A stretch of 64,000 nt of DNA, from contig NC_043018.1 of NCBI RefSeq assembly GCF_006345805.1, forward strand, positions 15,996,001 through 16,060,000. Reading direction: 5' to 3'. This document shows positions 48,145 through 60,198 of the stretch, piece by piece. The first letter of the stretch is position 1, and every line of letters begins with the position of its first letter. The notes beneath the pieces were generated by a model, which made no database searches, was not told where the DNA came from, and worked only from the letters and a program-made list of their open reading frames with translations. Position numbers and translations under genes: made by a program. This stretch comes from Octopus sinensis. Lineage: Eukaryota.

Positions 48145-48478
48145 TTAAATGTAATGCTTTTTCACTTGCCCTGCTTGGAATTTATTCTGCATTATCTCGT
48201 CTCCTTGAGATTTCGATGATGTGAGTGTTTACTTATAGAATGACATTGAAGGGTAGGATTGAACCTTAAACAAGTAGGATATTTGGGTTGGATATGGCCA
48301 GTTTAAATACTAAAGGGTTCAAACAGGCTATCTGTACATAATAGAACCAGAGGGTGGTCTCTGTGGAGGTTGATATTAAAAGGGTTAAATAGCTGTGGTG
48401 TAGGCTTCCGCCTGTCTGGCTCCTGTCAAACTGTCCCACCCATGCCAGCATGGAAGGCAGACTTTAAACAACAATGAT

Positions 48479-48693
48479 GACAAGGGTGGGGCTGAAAAGT
48501 TCCTGGTTTTGGGTAAATACAAGAGGATCAGTTAATTGTGATTTTATTCCACGTATTCCTCTCTCAGATTCGCATACTTATTGCACTGGTCCTTCAGTTT
48601 CTCTAAGTTCTCTAAAAGAACTCAGAAGGATTGAACCACCAACCAAGCATTTCGTGACACCCTTAAAGCCAGGAACTTTTCAGTACCCCCTCA
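48479..48693. mobile_element. Mariner-like MITE
   Basis: Imperfect TIRs GCTGAAAAGTTCCTGG / CCAGGAACTTTTCAGT. Confidence 0.6.
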
Positions 48694-49451
48694 CCTACCT
48701 GTATGTTTGTGCACCCCTTTGAATGCAGTGTATGGCAGAAAGGTGGCAAATCTGACGGAGGCCTCAAAAGACAGTTTAAGATCCACAATGATCAGAACTT
48801 ATCTGCAGCTCTTGGTGGTCTAAATTGGATATGCAATCTATTTGGATGGCTTTTCAGAACGTTGTCTGGTTTAAAAACCCACATCAGATGCCATGGTGGT
48901 TCTAAGGTGTGGGTACAGGAGATGGTCAGACTCTGCAGAAGGAGTAGACAACCACCATATATATCTATCTATATATATATATATAATAAATATGCAATCT
49001 ATTTATTTATTAATTAATGATTTTTTGGCTAATTTTGAAATTAAATCAGCAGTTTATATTTGCTGCTGAGAAGGCCGCGCGATTGCAGTAGATTTTGAAA
49101 ATTTGTAGCATATAGACTTGAGGCTTCCTTACCATCGCCTCGTGGATATATGTTCATCCTTGGCTTCTCTGCTGACGAGGCACACCAGTTGTAAATAAAT
49201 TTAATTTAATTTAATTAATTTGTTTACCAAAGTTTGCCAAAACTATGCATAGTCCAGAGATGAAAGGGGTAAACGTTTTTATTTCTCTTTCAATTTCAGA
49301 ATTACAACTATTTGCTGTTTGAGTTTGGCTGCTCTTTCTAGTGAGTCGAATGTCCTATTATGGCCATTCCTTATATTTTTGAATATATATATATGTTCTT
49401 TCTCTCTCTCATTGATGTTCTGTCTCTTTTTCTCATTTATGTCCTCTCCAG

Positions 49452-49542
49452 CATCTCAGCTGATGTCACTGACAGCCGACTTTGCTCTGACCTGGTGAGA
49501 CTTCTCCTTCCATTCTTGATCAAGAAAATACCTCGTACCACG
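49452..49542 (+). CDS. UTP20: UTP20 exon 33
   Basis: tccag|C...ACG|gtaag; ISADVTDSRLCSDLVRLLLPFLIKKIPRTT; phase 2/0. Confidence 0.92.
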
Positions 49543-49995
49543 GTAAGTAACTCTCTGTCAATCTCCCCTGACCCCAATTTTTATTTCTTTGCTGTATTTT
49601 AATGCCTAATTTTTTGGTCATTGTTGTCCTTCTTCATATTTTATATTTTGGTTGTGTGGACGTACTACACACATGCCTTGTGAACATTATTGACAGCATT
49701 TGGGACACCTGTATAACTTTGTTACTCATTTATATTTCATTCACCTCACCTGGAATCTGCACTTTGGAAATACTATAGAAAGTACCTTCATAAAAAGTAC
49801 ATGTCTGAATTACCAAGAACAGACATCTTCACTTAGCTCGTTTGCATTGTCTACACACATTGCAGGAATATCAGGTAAAAATACCCCTGCACAGAGTCTC
49901 GATATTCAATATTTAATCAATATTGTTTGCTTGTGTGGATTATACAAGGTACCTCGCAAGGTACCTCAATTTAAGTACCTAATTCAACGGAATCT

Positions 49996-50028
<33 letters not shown>

Positions 50029-50037
50029 GCATATATA

Positions 50038-50432
50038 TGGCTGTGTGGTAAGTGGCTTGCTTACCAACCACATGGTTCCGGGTTCAGTCCCACTGCATGG
50101 CACCTTGGGCAAGTGTCTTCTGCTATAGCCCCGGGCTGACCAAAGTCTTGTGAGTGGATTTGGTAGACGGAAACTGAAAGAAGCCTGTCGTATATATGTA
50201 TATATATGTATATGGGTGTGTGTGCGTGTATGTTTGTGTGTCTGTGTTTGTACCCCTAGCATTGCTTGACAACCGATGCTGGTGTGTTTACATCCCCTGT
50301 CACTTAGCAGTTCGGCAAAAGTGAGCGATAGAATAAGTACTGGGCTTACAAAGAACAAGTCCCGGGGTCAATTTGCTCGACTAAAGGCAGTGCTCCAGCT
50401 TGGCCGCAGCCAATTGACTGAAACAAGTAAAA
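50038..50432 (+). mobile_element. SINE family A copy
   Basis: Match to family A. Confidence 0.8.
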
Positions 50433-50832
50433 AAATATATATATATATATATATATATATTTAGGGTAAAGACCTGTCTCGGTCATGAATGATCATGGGA
50501 TTTCACCTGGAAAATTCCCCTATGAGGAGCAACTCCAGGCAAGGTTATTTGTGGAAGACCAGCAGTTGCTCATGCGTCAACCGAAGCCTTGTGATTGAAT
50601 TTGGGAGACGGAAGTTCTCGTTATGTGTGTAAAAATACTCGTGCCCCCTAACAGAGAGGAGGGGGAAAACACTATCTCATTCAGAAAGAGGTGGGGGTTG
50701 GTGACAGGAAGAGCATCCGACCATAGAAAACCTGCCACTCAAAGACTGCTCAGTACCCTGTAAAGTAATAACTCGTTTGGTTTTTAATTGCTAGACTAAT
50801 TCACTAATTAATATATTTTTTCTCTGTTTAAG

Positions 50833-50909
50833 GAAATGGAAGTTGATTTGCTGAATTCCATTCTGAACTTACTGACTCATGTTGAGAAACCACCAAGTCT
50901 CTTATTCAG
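50833..50909 (+). CDS. UTP20: UTP20 exon 34
   Basis: ttaag|GAA...AG|gtaat; EMEVDLLNSILNLLTHVEKPPSLLF(R); phase 0/2. Confidence 0.9.
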
Positions 50910-50939
50910 GTAATTAATACCTTATTATCAATACAGGAG

Positions 50940-51308
50940 TGGAGGCGCAATGGCCCAGTGGTTAGGGCAGCGGACTCACGGTCATAGGATCGCGGTTTCG
51001 ATTCCCAGACCGGGCGTTGTGAGTGTATATTGAGCGAAAACACCTAAAACTCCACGAGGCTCCGGCAGGGGATGGTGGTGATCCCTGCGGTACTCTTTCA
51101 CCACAACATTCTCTCACTCTTACTTCCTGTTTCTGTTGTACCTGTATTTCAAGGGGCCGGCCTTGTCACTCTCTGTGTCACACTGAATATCCCCGAGAAC
51201 TATGTTAAGGGTGCACGTGTCTGTGGAGTGCTCAGCCACTTACACGTTAATTTCACGAGCAGGCTGTTCCGTTGATTCGGATCAACCGTAACCGACGGAG
51301 TGCTTCCA
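50940..51308 (+). mobile_element. SINE family D (well-preserved tRNA-like head TGGCCCAGTGGTTAG...GGTTTCGATTCC), tail type 1
   Basis: A/B boxes; near-identical copies at 24352-24738 (-) and 60863-61243 (-). Confidence 0.82.
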
Positions 51309-52978
51309 TTCCATCAATACAGGTAATGTTGTGGTAATTAATTATATATACCACTGTGTAATTAATAGTTCATATCATTAAGTAATTTATTGCATATATT
51401 TCGGTTGTTTTACATCCGTTTCCCCCCATACCAACATGGGTTAGATGAATACATATTATCAAAGGATTGTTTTAGTACTGGATGCTCTTCCTGTTGCTGA
51501 GTAATAAAGTTTGCATCTCGGTTGTGTGGGGAAGTGCAGTCGTACCAGATGACACCGTATATCAACTCTCTGCAGCATGTGAACATTCACATAGACACAC
51601 ACATACACACACACATCTGACATGCGCTGTACAGTTTCCATCTACAAAATTTACAAAGCTATGGGACTAGGATTTGAACCCATCAACCTCATGATCATGA
51701 GCCAAACTTATTAACCACTGCCCATGCACCTTCACCCTTCGCTCCACATATATGTGTATCTACCTTCTCTCTCTCTCTCTCTTTCCACCCACCCACACAC
51801 ACACATATATAAAACATTGTTATTGTGGTTGTTATGACTGCTAAAGGGTTAAAATAGCCATCTATGTATCATATTTAATGTATATATACACTTGATTGAA
51901 CAATTACTGCAGTATTGATTGTGAGATTACATCCTTTATGGACTTATATATACATAAAAAACACCATCCGAGCGTGGCCGTTCGCCAGCCTCGTCTGGCA
52001 CCTGTGTTGGTGGCACATAAAATCACCCACTACACTCTCGGAGTGGTTGGCGTTAGGAAGGGCATCCAGCTGTAGAAACACTGCTAGATCTGACTGGCCT
52101 GGTGCAGCCTTCGGGCTCCCCAGACCCCAGTTGAACCGTCCAACCCATGCTAGCATGGAAAGCAGACGTTAAACGATGATGATGATGATGATGATATACA
52201 CTGTTGTGTCTGGGGAGAGTCATTTTCTTTTTGTGCCTTATAATGTAACACACTCACCGGTAAAATTTCCACTTATTTCTTATTTTTATTTTTATATATA
52301 TATATATGTTAGAGGGAGGTGAAAAATTGTGCCAGAAGCTGCTCATAACATTAACAAGGCTCAACAAAGCCAAAGTGTATAAGTTGTTCTCACTGGCCAC
52401 TGCTGGGACAATTTCTTTTGTCTCTATCACCATCATCATCACCTTCTTCATCTTCATCATTTAGCATCCATTTCCCATACTGGCATAGATTGAATGGTGT
52501 GAAAAAGATCTGGTGAGCTGCAGGACTGCATTGAGCTCCAATGTTTTGCTTTGGCAAGGTTTCTATGGCTGGGTGCCCTTCCTAATGCCAACCACATTAC
52601 AGAATATACTGGGTGTATTTCTTTTTTTTCCATGCCACCAGCATTAGTGAGGTTGCCATGTCTTCCTCTGATATCCTGCACATCTATAAGAGATTTTATC
52701 TCAGACAAAAAACCCCACAGTATCTTCCTTGTCAGCAGTGTACATACACTTAGTATGATACATAGATGGCTATTATAATTCAATGCTGTTCAATATATTT
52801 AGCTGTGGGTTTTTGTTTTTGTGTGGTGGTGAGGTGTGGTGTAAATTTAAATTATTTATTTCATTATTTATGGTTTAAGATGTTGTAAAATTGTTTCCAC
52901 TTGTCATGTTACGTGTTTGGGTTAAAATATACAAAAACAAGAACCCAGTAACCTGTGTTTGTTTTTTGTTGTTTACAG

Positions 52979-53048
52979 ACAGATGACTCATTTGTTGTTT
53001 ACGATAAACCATGAAGAACCCAAGAAGTTATTGTATGATGTGATATTG
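52979..53048 (+). CDS. UTP20: UTP20 exon 35
   Basis: tacag|A...TTG|gtaag; QMTHLLFTINHEEPKKLLYDVIL; phase 2/0. Confidence 0.82.
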
Positions 53049-53090
53049 GTAAGTTATAGCATAGGCTTTCATTTAAATAAAAATAACTAG

Positions 53091-53505
53091 ATGCAGGAGT
53101 GGCTGTGTGGTAAGTAGCTTGTTTACGAACCACATGGTTCTGGGTTCAGTCCCACTGCGGGGCACCTTGGGCAAGTGTTTTCTACTATAGCCTCAGGTCG
53201 ACCAAAGCCTTGTGAGTGGATTTGGTAGACGGAAACTGAAAGAAGCCCGTCGTATATATGTATATATATATGTGTATGTGTGTGTGTTTGTGTGTCTGTG
53301 TTTGTCCCCCTAGCATTGCTTGACAGCTGATGCTGGTGTGTTTATGTCCCCGTCACTTAGTGGTTCGGCAAAAGAGACCGATAGAATAAGTACTGGGCTT
53401 ACAAAGAATAAGTCCTGGGGTCGAGTTGCTCAATTTAAGGCGGTGCTCCAGCATGGCCGCAGTCAAATGACTGAAACAAGTAAAAGAGTAAAAAAGAGTA
53501 AAGAG
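53091..53505 (+). mobile_element. SINE family A copy
   Basis: Match to family A, AAAAGAGT tail. Confidence 0.8.
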
Positions 53506-53576
53506 AGTGTGTGTAACACAGTTTATGTCAAAAACAGGCAAAGTCTGCTGTGCTTTCGAATACTCTGCATCTTTAA

Positions 53577-53785
53577 TCCTTTAGTATTTAAACCGGCCAA
53601 AATATTTAATCTGTTTTATGTTCAAACTGACCAGATCCAGGCTCTCACACCTACCCCACAATGTTATTCTACATTAAGTAATTACACCATCAAGATCTTG
53701 AAGATATGAGATAATGCATGATTAATTCAAATCAATGGGAATCAATAAACATTATGTTTAATTGAATAATCTGAACACTAAAGGG
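53577..53785 (-). mobile_element. piggyBac-like MITE family F
   Basis: Inverse copy of the 8480/16250 subfamily; TTAA flanks. Confidence 0.8.
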
Positions 53786-54469
53786 TTAAATGCATCTGCC
53801 CTGGTTAAATACTACAACCTAAAAGTGTTGTTAGGGGAAACTGTGGAAGAGGAAGACAAGGTGGTATGGCGTGATCTCTGAATGTGGAACCTCGTGGAGG
53901 CTGGGACGAGTGACTGCGGCCTTTGTCTCTTTGCTGTGCTTGAGAAGACTCATGAAGCCAAGTGAAATCAGTCGTGGCCAGTGACATGTAAAAGGCACCC
54001 GTTACACTTTTGGGGCAGTTGGCATTAGGAAGGGCATCCAGCCATAGAAACCAAGCCAATAATCAGACTGGAACCTGGGGCAGCTCTCTGACTTACCAGT
54101 TCCAGTCAAGCCGTCTAACCCATGCCAGCATGGAAAACGGACGTTAAACGATGATAAAAACACATATATTAAGTATGTGACTGATTTTATATATGTGTGT
54201 GTATACATATATGTATATATATATAGAGAGAGAGATAGAGATTTATACTGTATGTTTGCACACACACACATGTACACATTTGTTTTGTGTTAATCTTAAG
54301 TTTTCCATGCTAGTATGGGTTAGATGGATGCATATAAATTAGACATTGTTTTTTCTAAAACTCTATGCCTCTGCCTCAAAACCAGAACAATTGGTGTAGA
54401 TCTTACTCTAAGATAATACATATATATCTTCTATTAATCCATCACGATCCATGCCACATTAATCTAGGA

Positions 54470-54596
54470 CAGTGCTTTTCAAACAGGAGAATTAAAAATT
54501 ACTGCCAATTTTAGCAGTTTTATAACTTCTTGCGGAACCCCTGGACTGTACTGGCAGAACCCTAAGGTTCCGCGGAACACTGGTTGAAAACCACTG
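54470..54596. mobile_element. hAT-type MITE, internally deleted relative of 20968-21168
   Basis: 8-bp TSD atctagga at 54462-54469 and 54597-54604. Confidence 0.85.
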
Positions 54597-54652
54597 ATCT
54601 AGGATAATGAACCAACATAATTGATGCCAATTTCTCTCCTTCCATTTTCCAG

Positions 54653-54706
54653 AAACTGTCCCAAAAAGACGACAACCTAAAAGACATTGGTGAAGTACTG
54701 TGTGGT
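54653..54706 (+). CDS. UTP20: UTP20 exon 36
   Basis: tccag|AAA...GGT|gtaag; KLSQKDDNLKDIGEVLCG; phase 0/0. Confidence 0.85.
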
Positions 54707-54881
54707 GTAAGTATTATATCATTATTATTATTATTATTATTATGTGATTCTATGCCTGTGTTTATGTATCTCTATATTCATACCTCTGTGTGTATATGTG
54801 TCTGTATATTCATGTCTCTATGTGTATACATTTATATACTCATGTCTCTGTGTGTATATATCTCTCTCATTTTCCTTGTAG

Positions 54882-55037
54882 CTCAACTCTTGGAATCCCA
54901 AGAAACTTGAAGAAATCGATTACGACAGACGTCTTTCTGCCTTCAGTGCTGCTTCCAGATTAATTACCAAAATGGAAGTCTTGGACACAGATTTCATTGT
55001 TCCAATTATCTACAACTGCTGCCATTTTATTTCCACT
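54882..55037 (+). CDS. UTP20: UTP20 exon 37
   Basis: tgtag|CTC...ACT|gtcag; LNSWNPKKLEEIDYDRRLSAF...IVPIIYNCCHFIST; phase 0/0. Confidence 0.94.
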
Positions 55038-55164
55038 GTCAGTATTCACTTCACATTTATTTATTATTTTCATTCGCTTTCTTTTGCCAAAATTCATTCC
55101 ATTTGCTTATTCTTCATTATTGTTCTTCCTTGTCTTCTGGCTTTACCGTCAACAGCAGCAACAG

Positions 55165-55445
55165 TGGAGGCGCAGTGGCCCAGTGCTTAGGGCAGCGGAC
55201 TCGCAGTCGGAGGGTCGCGGTTTCGATTCCCAGACTGGGCATTGTGTGTGTTTATTGAGCGAAAACACCTAAAGCTCCACGAGGCTCCAGCAGGAGGTGG
55301 TGGCGACCCCTGTTGTACTCTTTCGCCCCCAACTTTCTCTCACTCTTTCTTCCTGTTTCTTGTCCCCGACTTCCTACGCAACCGCTGAGCCTGGATGCGC
55401 ATTCATCCATCCGTCGATGCTCTCGGTGTCGGGGGTTGACCTGCT
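55165..55445 (+). mobile_element. SINE family D head with tail type 3
   Basis: Same head; 3' part diverges after ...CTTCCTGTTTCT. Confidence 0.72.
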
Positions 55446-55699
55446 TTCTTTTCTGCAGGTCTTACAAATAGCAAAGGACCATGTTTCGGACTTCTCCCAT
55501 CTTGCGAGCTCTGGTACAAAGACCGTTCACTCAACAACAATTGCAACAGCAGCAACAATACCCCAAAATGAACCACATCTGTATCAGTGCAAGTCATTGG
55601 GTGTTACACTGGGTTAGGTACCCCTACCAAACAGTTTTGGGTCTGTATCATTTATCCTCCCCTGCAACACCATTAGTAAATGTATAAAGGGCATTTGAG

Positions 55700-56520
55700 G
55701 TAACTTTTGCATACAAGGAAAATAATACACAGTATCCATTCAAAAATAAAAGTATTTTAAAAAGATAAAAGAAACATTGAGTAAATTATGGTTGGGAAAT
55801 AACAGTTGACTCAGAGTAGCTGCCCTCAGATTCCATTACAGCTTCAACACAACTCTGGAACCTGGAGCATGTGTTTCTCACTGTCTCAGGGAAGGTTTTC
55901 AAACATCTCCTTGATCTTGGTCACCAACTTGGTCTTGGTGTTACATGCAAAGTGGTTGGTGTCTTTCTCAACTGTGCCCCACTCATAGCAATCCATGGGA
56001 TTACAGTTGGGGTCATTAGGAGGCCAGGAATTATAAACACCTTCCACGCTGCAATTGTTCAGTTTTGTCTCTTTCTGGGGGTGTGGCAAGGAGCCATATC
56101 CTGCTGCTACCCATATGGCTTTTCAGCAGTGACCCCTTCCAGCCAGGATTTGACCACAGTCTTCAGTAGCTTTGCATAGCTGTCTGAACTGAGCCTAAAT
56201 CTTTGTTCAAAAAATATGGGTTGGCATGACATCACCTTCCCTCGAGACACACCTAAAGACCATCACAGTTTTGGGAGAATTTGATTTTCATGATGTCCAT
56301 GTTACATCTTACACTCTTTATAGACTCCACAGATCATTTTGTCAGCATTTTGATTCCTGGCACAAATCATCCTGATACAGGTAACTCTTCCCCAATATTC
56401 AGGTGGCTTCCAGTCCTCCGTGTCAGCTAACTTTTTCTCAACTACAACTTGAATCCTTACCTTTTCCAACACCATTTATTGTTCCCTAAAACATTGAGAT
56501 GTTCCTGAATAAAAAGACAT
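55700..56520 (-). pseudogene. Tc1/mariner transposase relic (decayed)
   Basis: Minus-strand WPPNDPNCNPMDCYEWG resembles the WPPNSPDLNPMDY motif; stops and frameshifts upstream; ends approximate. Confidence 0.75.
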
Positions 56521-56751
56521 AATCAATAGTCAAATTAGCCCGAACACCCTGTATTGGGCAGCTTTTAAGCTAGCTCCTATGGAGGGCTCTTCATTGGGCC
56601 TTGAGTAGAAGTGCCATTGAATAGTGAGAGAGGAGTCAAAGTGTGACACACTGACACACAAATTCGTTTTGGCATTTTTTATTATAAATATATGTATGTA
56701 TATATATATGTGTGTGTGTATATATGTATGTATGCATGTGTCTATCTCTCT

Positions 56752-56802
<51 letters not shown>

Positions 56803-56819
56803 CATCATCATCATCATCA

Positions 56820-57200
56820 TCATCATTTAGCGTCTGTTCTCCATGCTAGCATGGGTTGGACGGTTCGACCGGGGATCTGGGAAGCCAGAAGGCTACACCA
56901 GGCTCCAGTCTTATCTGGCAATGTTTCTACAACTGGATGCCCTTCCTAATGCCAACCACTCCGTGAGTGTAGTGGGTGCTTTTTACGTGCCACCCGCACA
57001 GGTGCCAGGCGAGGCTGGCAACGGCCACGGTCGGATTGGTGCATTTTATGTGCCACCAGCATGGAAGCCAGTCGAGGCGGCGCTGGCATCGGCCACGATT
57101 CGGATAGTGCTTTTTACGTACCACCTATCCAGGGGTCCTGGCATCTGCCAGGTACCAGTCATAGGATTGGTTCAATTTCGATTTCACTTGCCCCAACATG
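56820..57200 (-). mobile_element. Repeat family C copy
   Basis: Match to family C with about 3 internal units. Confidence 0.75.
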
Positions 57201-57543
57201 TCTTCGCAAGCAAAGGGGGTTGGCATGGGTGCCTATATATATATATATGTATATATGAAATCATCATCATTTTAATGTCCTCTTTTCTATACTTGCATGC
57301 ATCACACAGAGCTCGTTGAGGTAGGGTGATATTGTCATGTTCATGGAAAATTGGAAACAAATGATGCTCGTTTACAACCATCACATGATGTCCAGGCAAG
57401 GGGATACATCACACACACACACACACTTATAACAATGACAATACTCCCTCTCTTCTTCTCTCTGTCTCTCTTCCTCTCTCTCTCTCTCTCTCTGTCTCTC
57501 ACAGACCAAATGTAATATCAGAAAGGTTTGAATTCTTCATTAA

Positions 57544-57764
57544 CCCTTTAGTGTTCGCATTATTCTGCCAAAACTAATGCTTTTTTATCCACATTGCCTT
57601 GAACTAATCAGGCATTATCTTGGAGCCATGAGATTTTGATGAGGTAGCTGTTAATTTTTAAAACGACATTGTAGGGTTGGTGTGAGAGACCAGACCTAGC
57701 CAGTTTGAACATAAAACAGGCAGAATACTTTTGGTCGGATATGGCCAGTTTAAATGCTAAAGGG
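57544..57764 (+). mobile_element. piggyBac-like MITE family F
   Basis: TTAA flanks; inverse of 7021-7242. Confidence 0.82.
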
Positions 57765-58013
57765 TTAAACACACTGAAGCAGCTCTACAGAATCCCTCAT
57801 CATTACTTCGTAGAAATTTAATCTGACTGTTTTTATTTTTTTTAACCTTTACATTTAACACAGATTTAAACAGATTGCTATCAGATTTTTTCCCTTCATG
57901 TCTTACCAATAGTCCTTGTGTATTATTTCTGAATCTTATAAGATGTTCCTGCCTCTTATAAGTTATTTCTCTCTGTCATCTTATAAGTTGTTCCTTTGAC
58001 TTTTCCCATACAG

Positions 58014-58169
58014 GTTGATGATCTGTCAATACGCAATAGCAGTACGCAGTGTTTGCTAAACATTATCAACAAACTCACCGATTCTTCGTCAGAGAAACAT
58101 ATCTTTAATGAAATCATCATCAAGACTCTCTTGCCAAAAGTGAAACATGGCATCAAAAATCCCATCCAG
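58014..58169 (+). CDS. UTP20: UTP20 exon 38
   Basis: tacag|GTT...CAG|gtaag; VDDLSIRNSSTQCLLNII...LLPKVKHGIKNPIQ; phase 0/0. Confidence 0.94.
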
Positions 58170-58224
58170 GTAAGAATTCTTCTCCAAGCAATTATGAAAA
58201 ATCTGTTATCATCGTCACCAGTTG

Positions 58225-59165
58225 TTACCCCCCAATATCGTCATCATTGCCACTAACACCATCATCATCATCATCATCACCACCACCATTGTCATCATTG
58301 CCACTACCATCATCATCATCATCATCACCACCACCATCGTCATCATTGCCACTAACACCATCATCATCATCATCACCACCGCCATCGTCATCATTGCCAC
58401 TACCACCATCATCACCACCACCATTGTCATCATTGCCACTACCATCATCATCATCATCATCATCACCACCACCATCGTCATCATTGCCACTACCACCATC
58501 ATCAACACCATCATCATCATCATCACCATCGTCATCATTGCCACTACCATCATCATCATCACCACCACCATTGTCATCATTGCCACTACCATCATCATCA
58601 TCATCATCACCACCACCATTGTCATCATTGCCACTACCACCATCATCATCACCATCGTCATCATTGCCACTACCACCATCATCATCATCATCATCATCAT
58701 CACCACCACCATCGTCATCATTGCCACTACCACCATCATCACCACCACCATCGTCATCATTGCCACTACCATCATTATCATCACCACCACCACCATCATC
58801 ATCACCACCACCATCGTCATCATTGCCACTACCATCATCATCATCACCACCACCATCATCATCATCATCACCACCACCATCGTCATCATTGCCACTACCA
58901 TCATTATCACCACCACCATCGTCATCATTGCCACTACCACCATCGTCATCATTGCCACTACCACCATCGTCATCATTGCCACTACCACCACCATCGTCAT
59001 CATTGCCACTACCACCATCATCATCATCATCATCCTTGCTAATACTATTGTTGCCACCATCACCTCCATCAACATCATTATTAATCATGACCATCACCCT
59101 TCCCACGACCACCACCACCACAACCATCGTCTTATCATCACTAACATCATTATCATCATCATCAT
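58225..59165. repeat. Compound trinucleotide VNTR: 18 GTCATCATTGCCACT anchors separated by variable (CAT/CAC)n
   Basis: IVIIAT occurs 18 times in the frame of ORF 58222-59268. Confidence 0.92.
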
Positions 59166-59438
59166 TTTAACACTTTTCCATACTCACATGTCTCAGGTGG
59201 ACCTTATTGAGGCAGCTGAAACAATAATTCTGCCCCACCCCCCTCCACCCATCTTTTTCCTTTCGTGAGATGAAAATCCATTTGGTTCTCTAAAATCGTA
59301 GAAATAGATGAGGGGAGGTTTAGATCCCTGGATGCCTGTGATTAAGGGTCACTGTGGTGATTCAGCTGACTTTTTTGTTTGTTTGCCGATATTGACAATT
59401 AATTAACTAACAAATGTCCTTTTTTTCTTAATTTGCAG

Positions 59439-59576
59439 GGCGTTTGCCGAGAATATTTTACCATCTTGCGAGCAATTGCTGTAAAGTTCTCTTCCAAGAA
59501 ACCATTTGATGATCTCGTTAAGCTGACAGACAACGATAAAGATATTGATTTCTTTGAGAACATGAAGAATATCAAG
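59439..59576 (+). CDS. UTP20: UTP20 exon 39
   Basis: tgcag|GGC...AAG|gtaag; GVCREYF...DLVKLTDNDKDIDFFENMKNIK; phase 0/0. Confidence 0.96.
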
Positions 59577-59740
59577 GTAAGAAAGCTTGCAAGGGGAGGG
59601 TGTTGCAATTGTTGGAACAGCAAGGTGAGAAAGTTTACAAAGGAAGGGTGTTGCAATTATTGGAATAGCATGATAAGAAAGCCTGCAAGGGGAGGGCATT
59701 GCAGTTGTTGGAATAGCAGCGTAAGGAAGTCTACGAGGGG
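59577..59740 (+). repeat. 48-bp tandem repeat starting at the exon 39 splice donor (3 units plus a partial)
   Basis: Units start at 59577 GTAAGA, 59625 GTGAGA, 59673 ATAAGA and 59721 GTAAGG. Confidence 0.88.
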
Positions 59741-59917
59741 CATATATTTAAGAGTTCGGCTGTGCCAATATTTGACAAACAATGCAACCAAGATATCTGT
59801 GATGGCTCAGGTAACATTGTTGTAAATAGGTACCATGAGGTGGTACATTGCAATTTCCACTAAACTGACTTAGTTGCTGTCTTCTTTGGTGTTGTCTAAC
59901 TCCCACTTCTCTTACAG

Positions 59918-60198
59918 GTACAGAGACGGTCTCGAGCCCTGCGACGCCTGGCAGCAAAACTCGGCACTTACAACATGTCGCAGGAGGCCCTCACTCGTTA
60001 CCTCCTCCCACTGGCATCGAGCATTATACAGAGGGAGCACAAACAGATGGAAGGGATCCAGGAGAGGGCTATCGAGCTTTTGGGCTCCCTTTGTGGTCTG
60101 ATATCATGGAAAGTTTATCTGCAACAGCTTCGGTTTTACGTGAAGAAAATGGTAATGCCAAGGAACAACAAATGTCAGAACCAAAAGCTTTTGGTCAG
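59918..60198 (+). CDS. UTP20: UTP20 exon 40
   Basis: tacag|GTA...AG|gtgag; VQRRSRALRRL...ISWKVYLQQLRFY...QKLLV(R); phase 0/2. Confidence 0.95.

Noticed and set aside
49168-49190. CTGACGAG as a hammerhead core
   Set aside because: No stem II followed by GAAA downstream. Other CTGANGA hits in exons and SINEs were rejected for the same reason.
50940-51015. tRNA-like sequence (also at 20100, 24670, 55165, 61170 and 15969)
   Set aside because: Each is fused to a SINE body and lacks a complete acceptor stem, so these are SINE heads, not tRNA genes.
52313-52420. Candidate exon after a T-rich tract and ttag
   Set aside because: It has no UTP20-like peptide and no good donor. The exon at 52979-53048 fits both phases and the expected protein.
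58215-59268. Four long ORFs (287-348 aa) on both strands
   Set aside because: They come from a trinucleotide VNTR that lacks stop triplets, lie in a UTP20 intron, and have no non-repetitive coding context.
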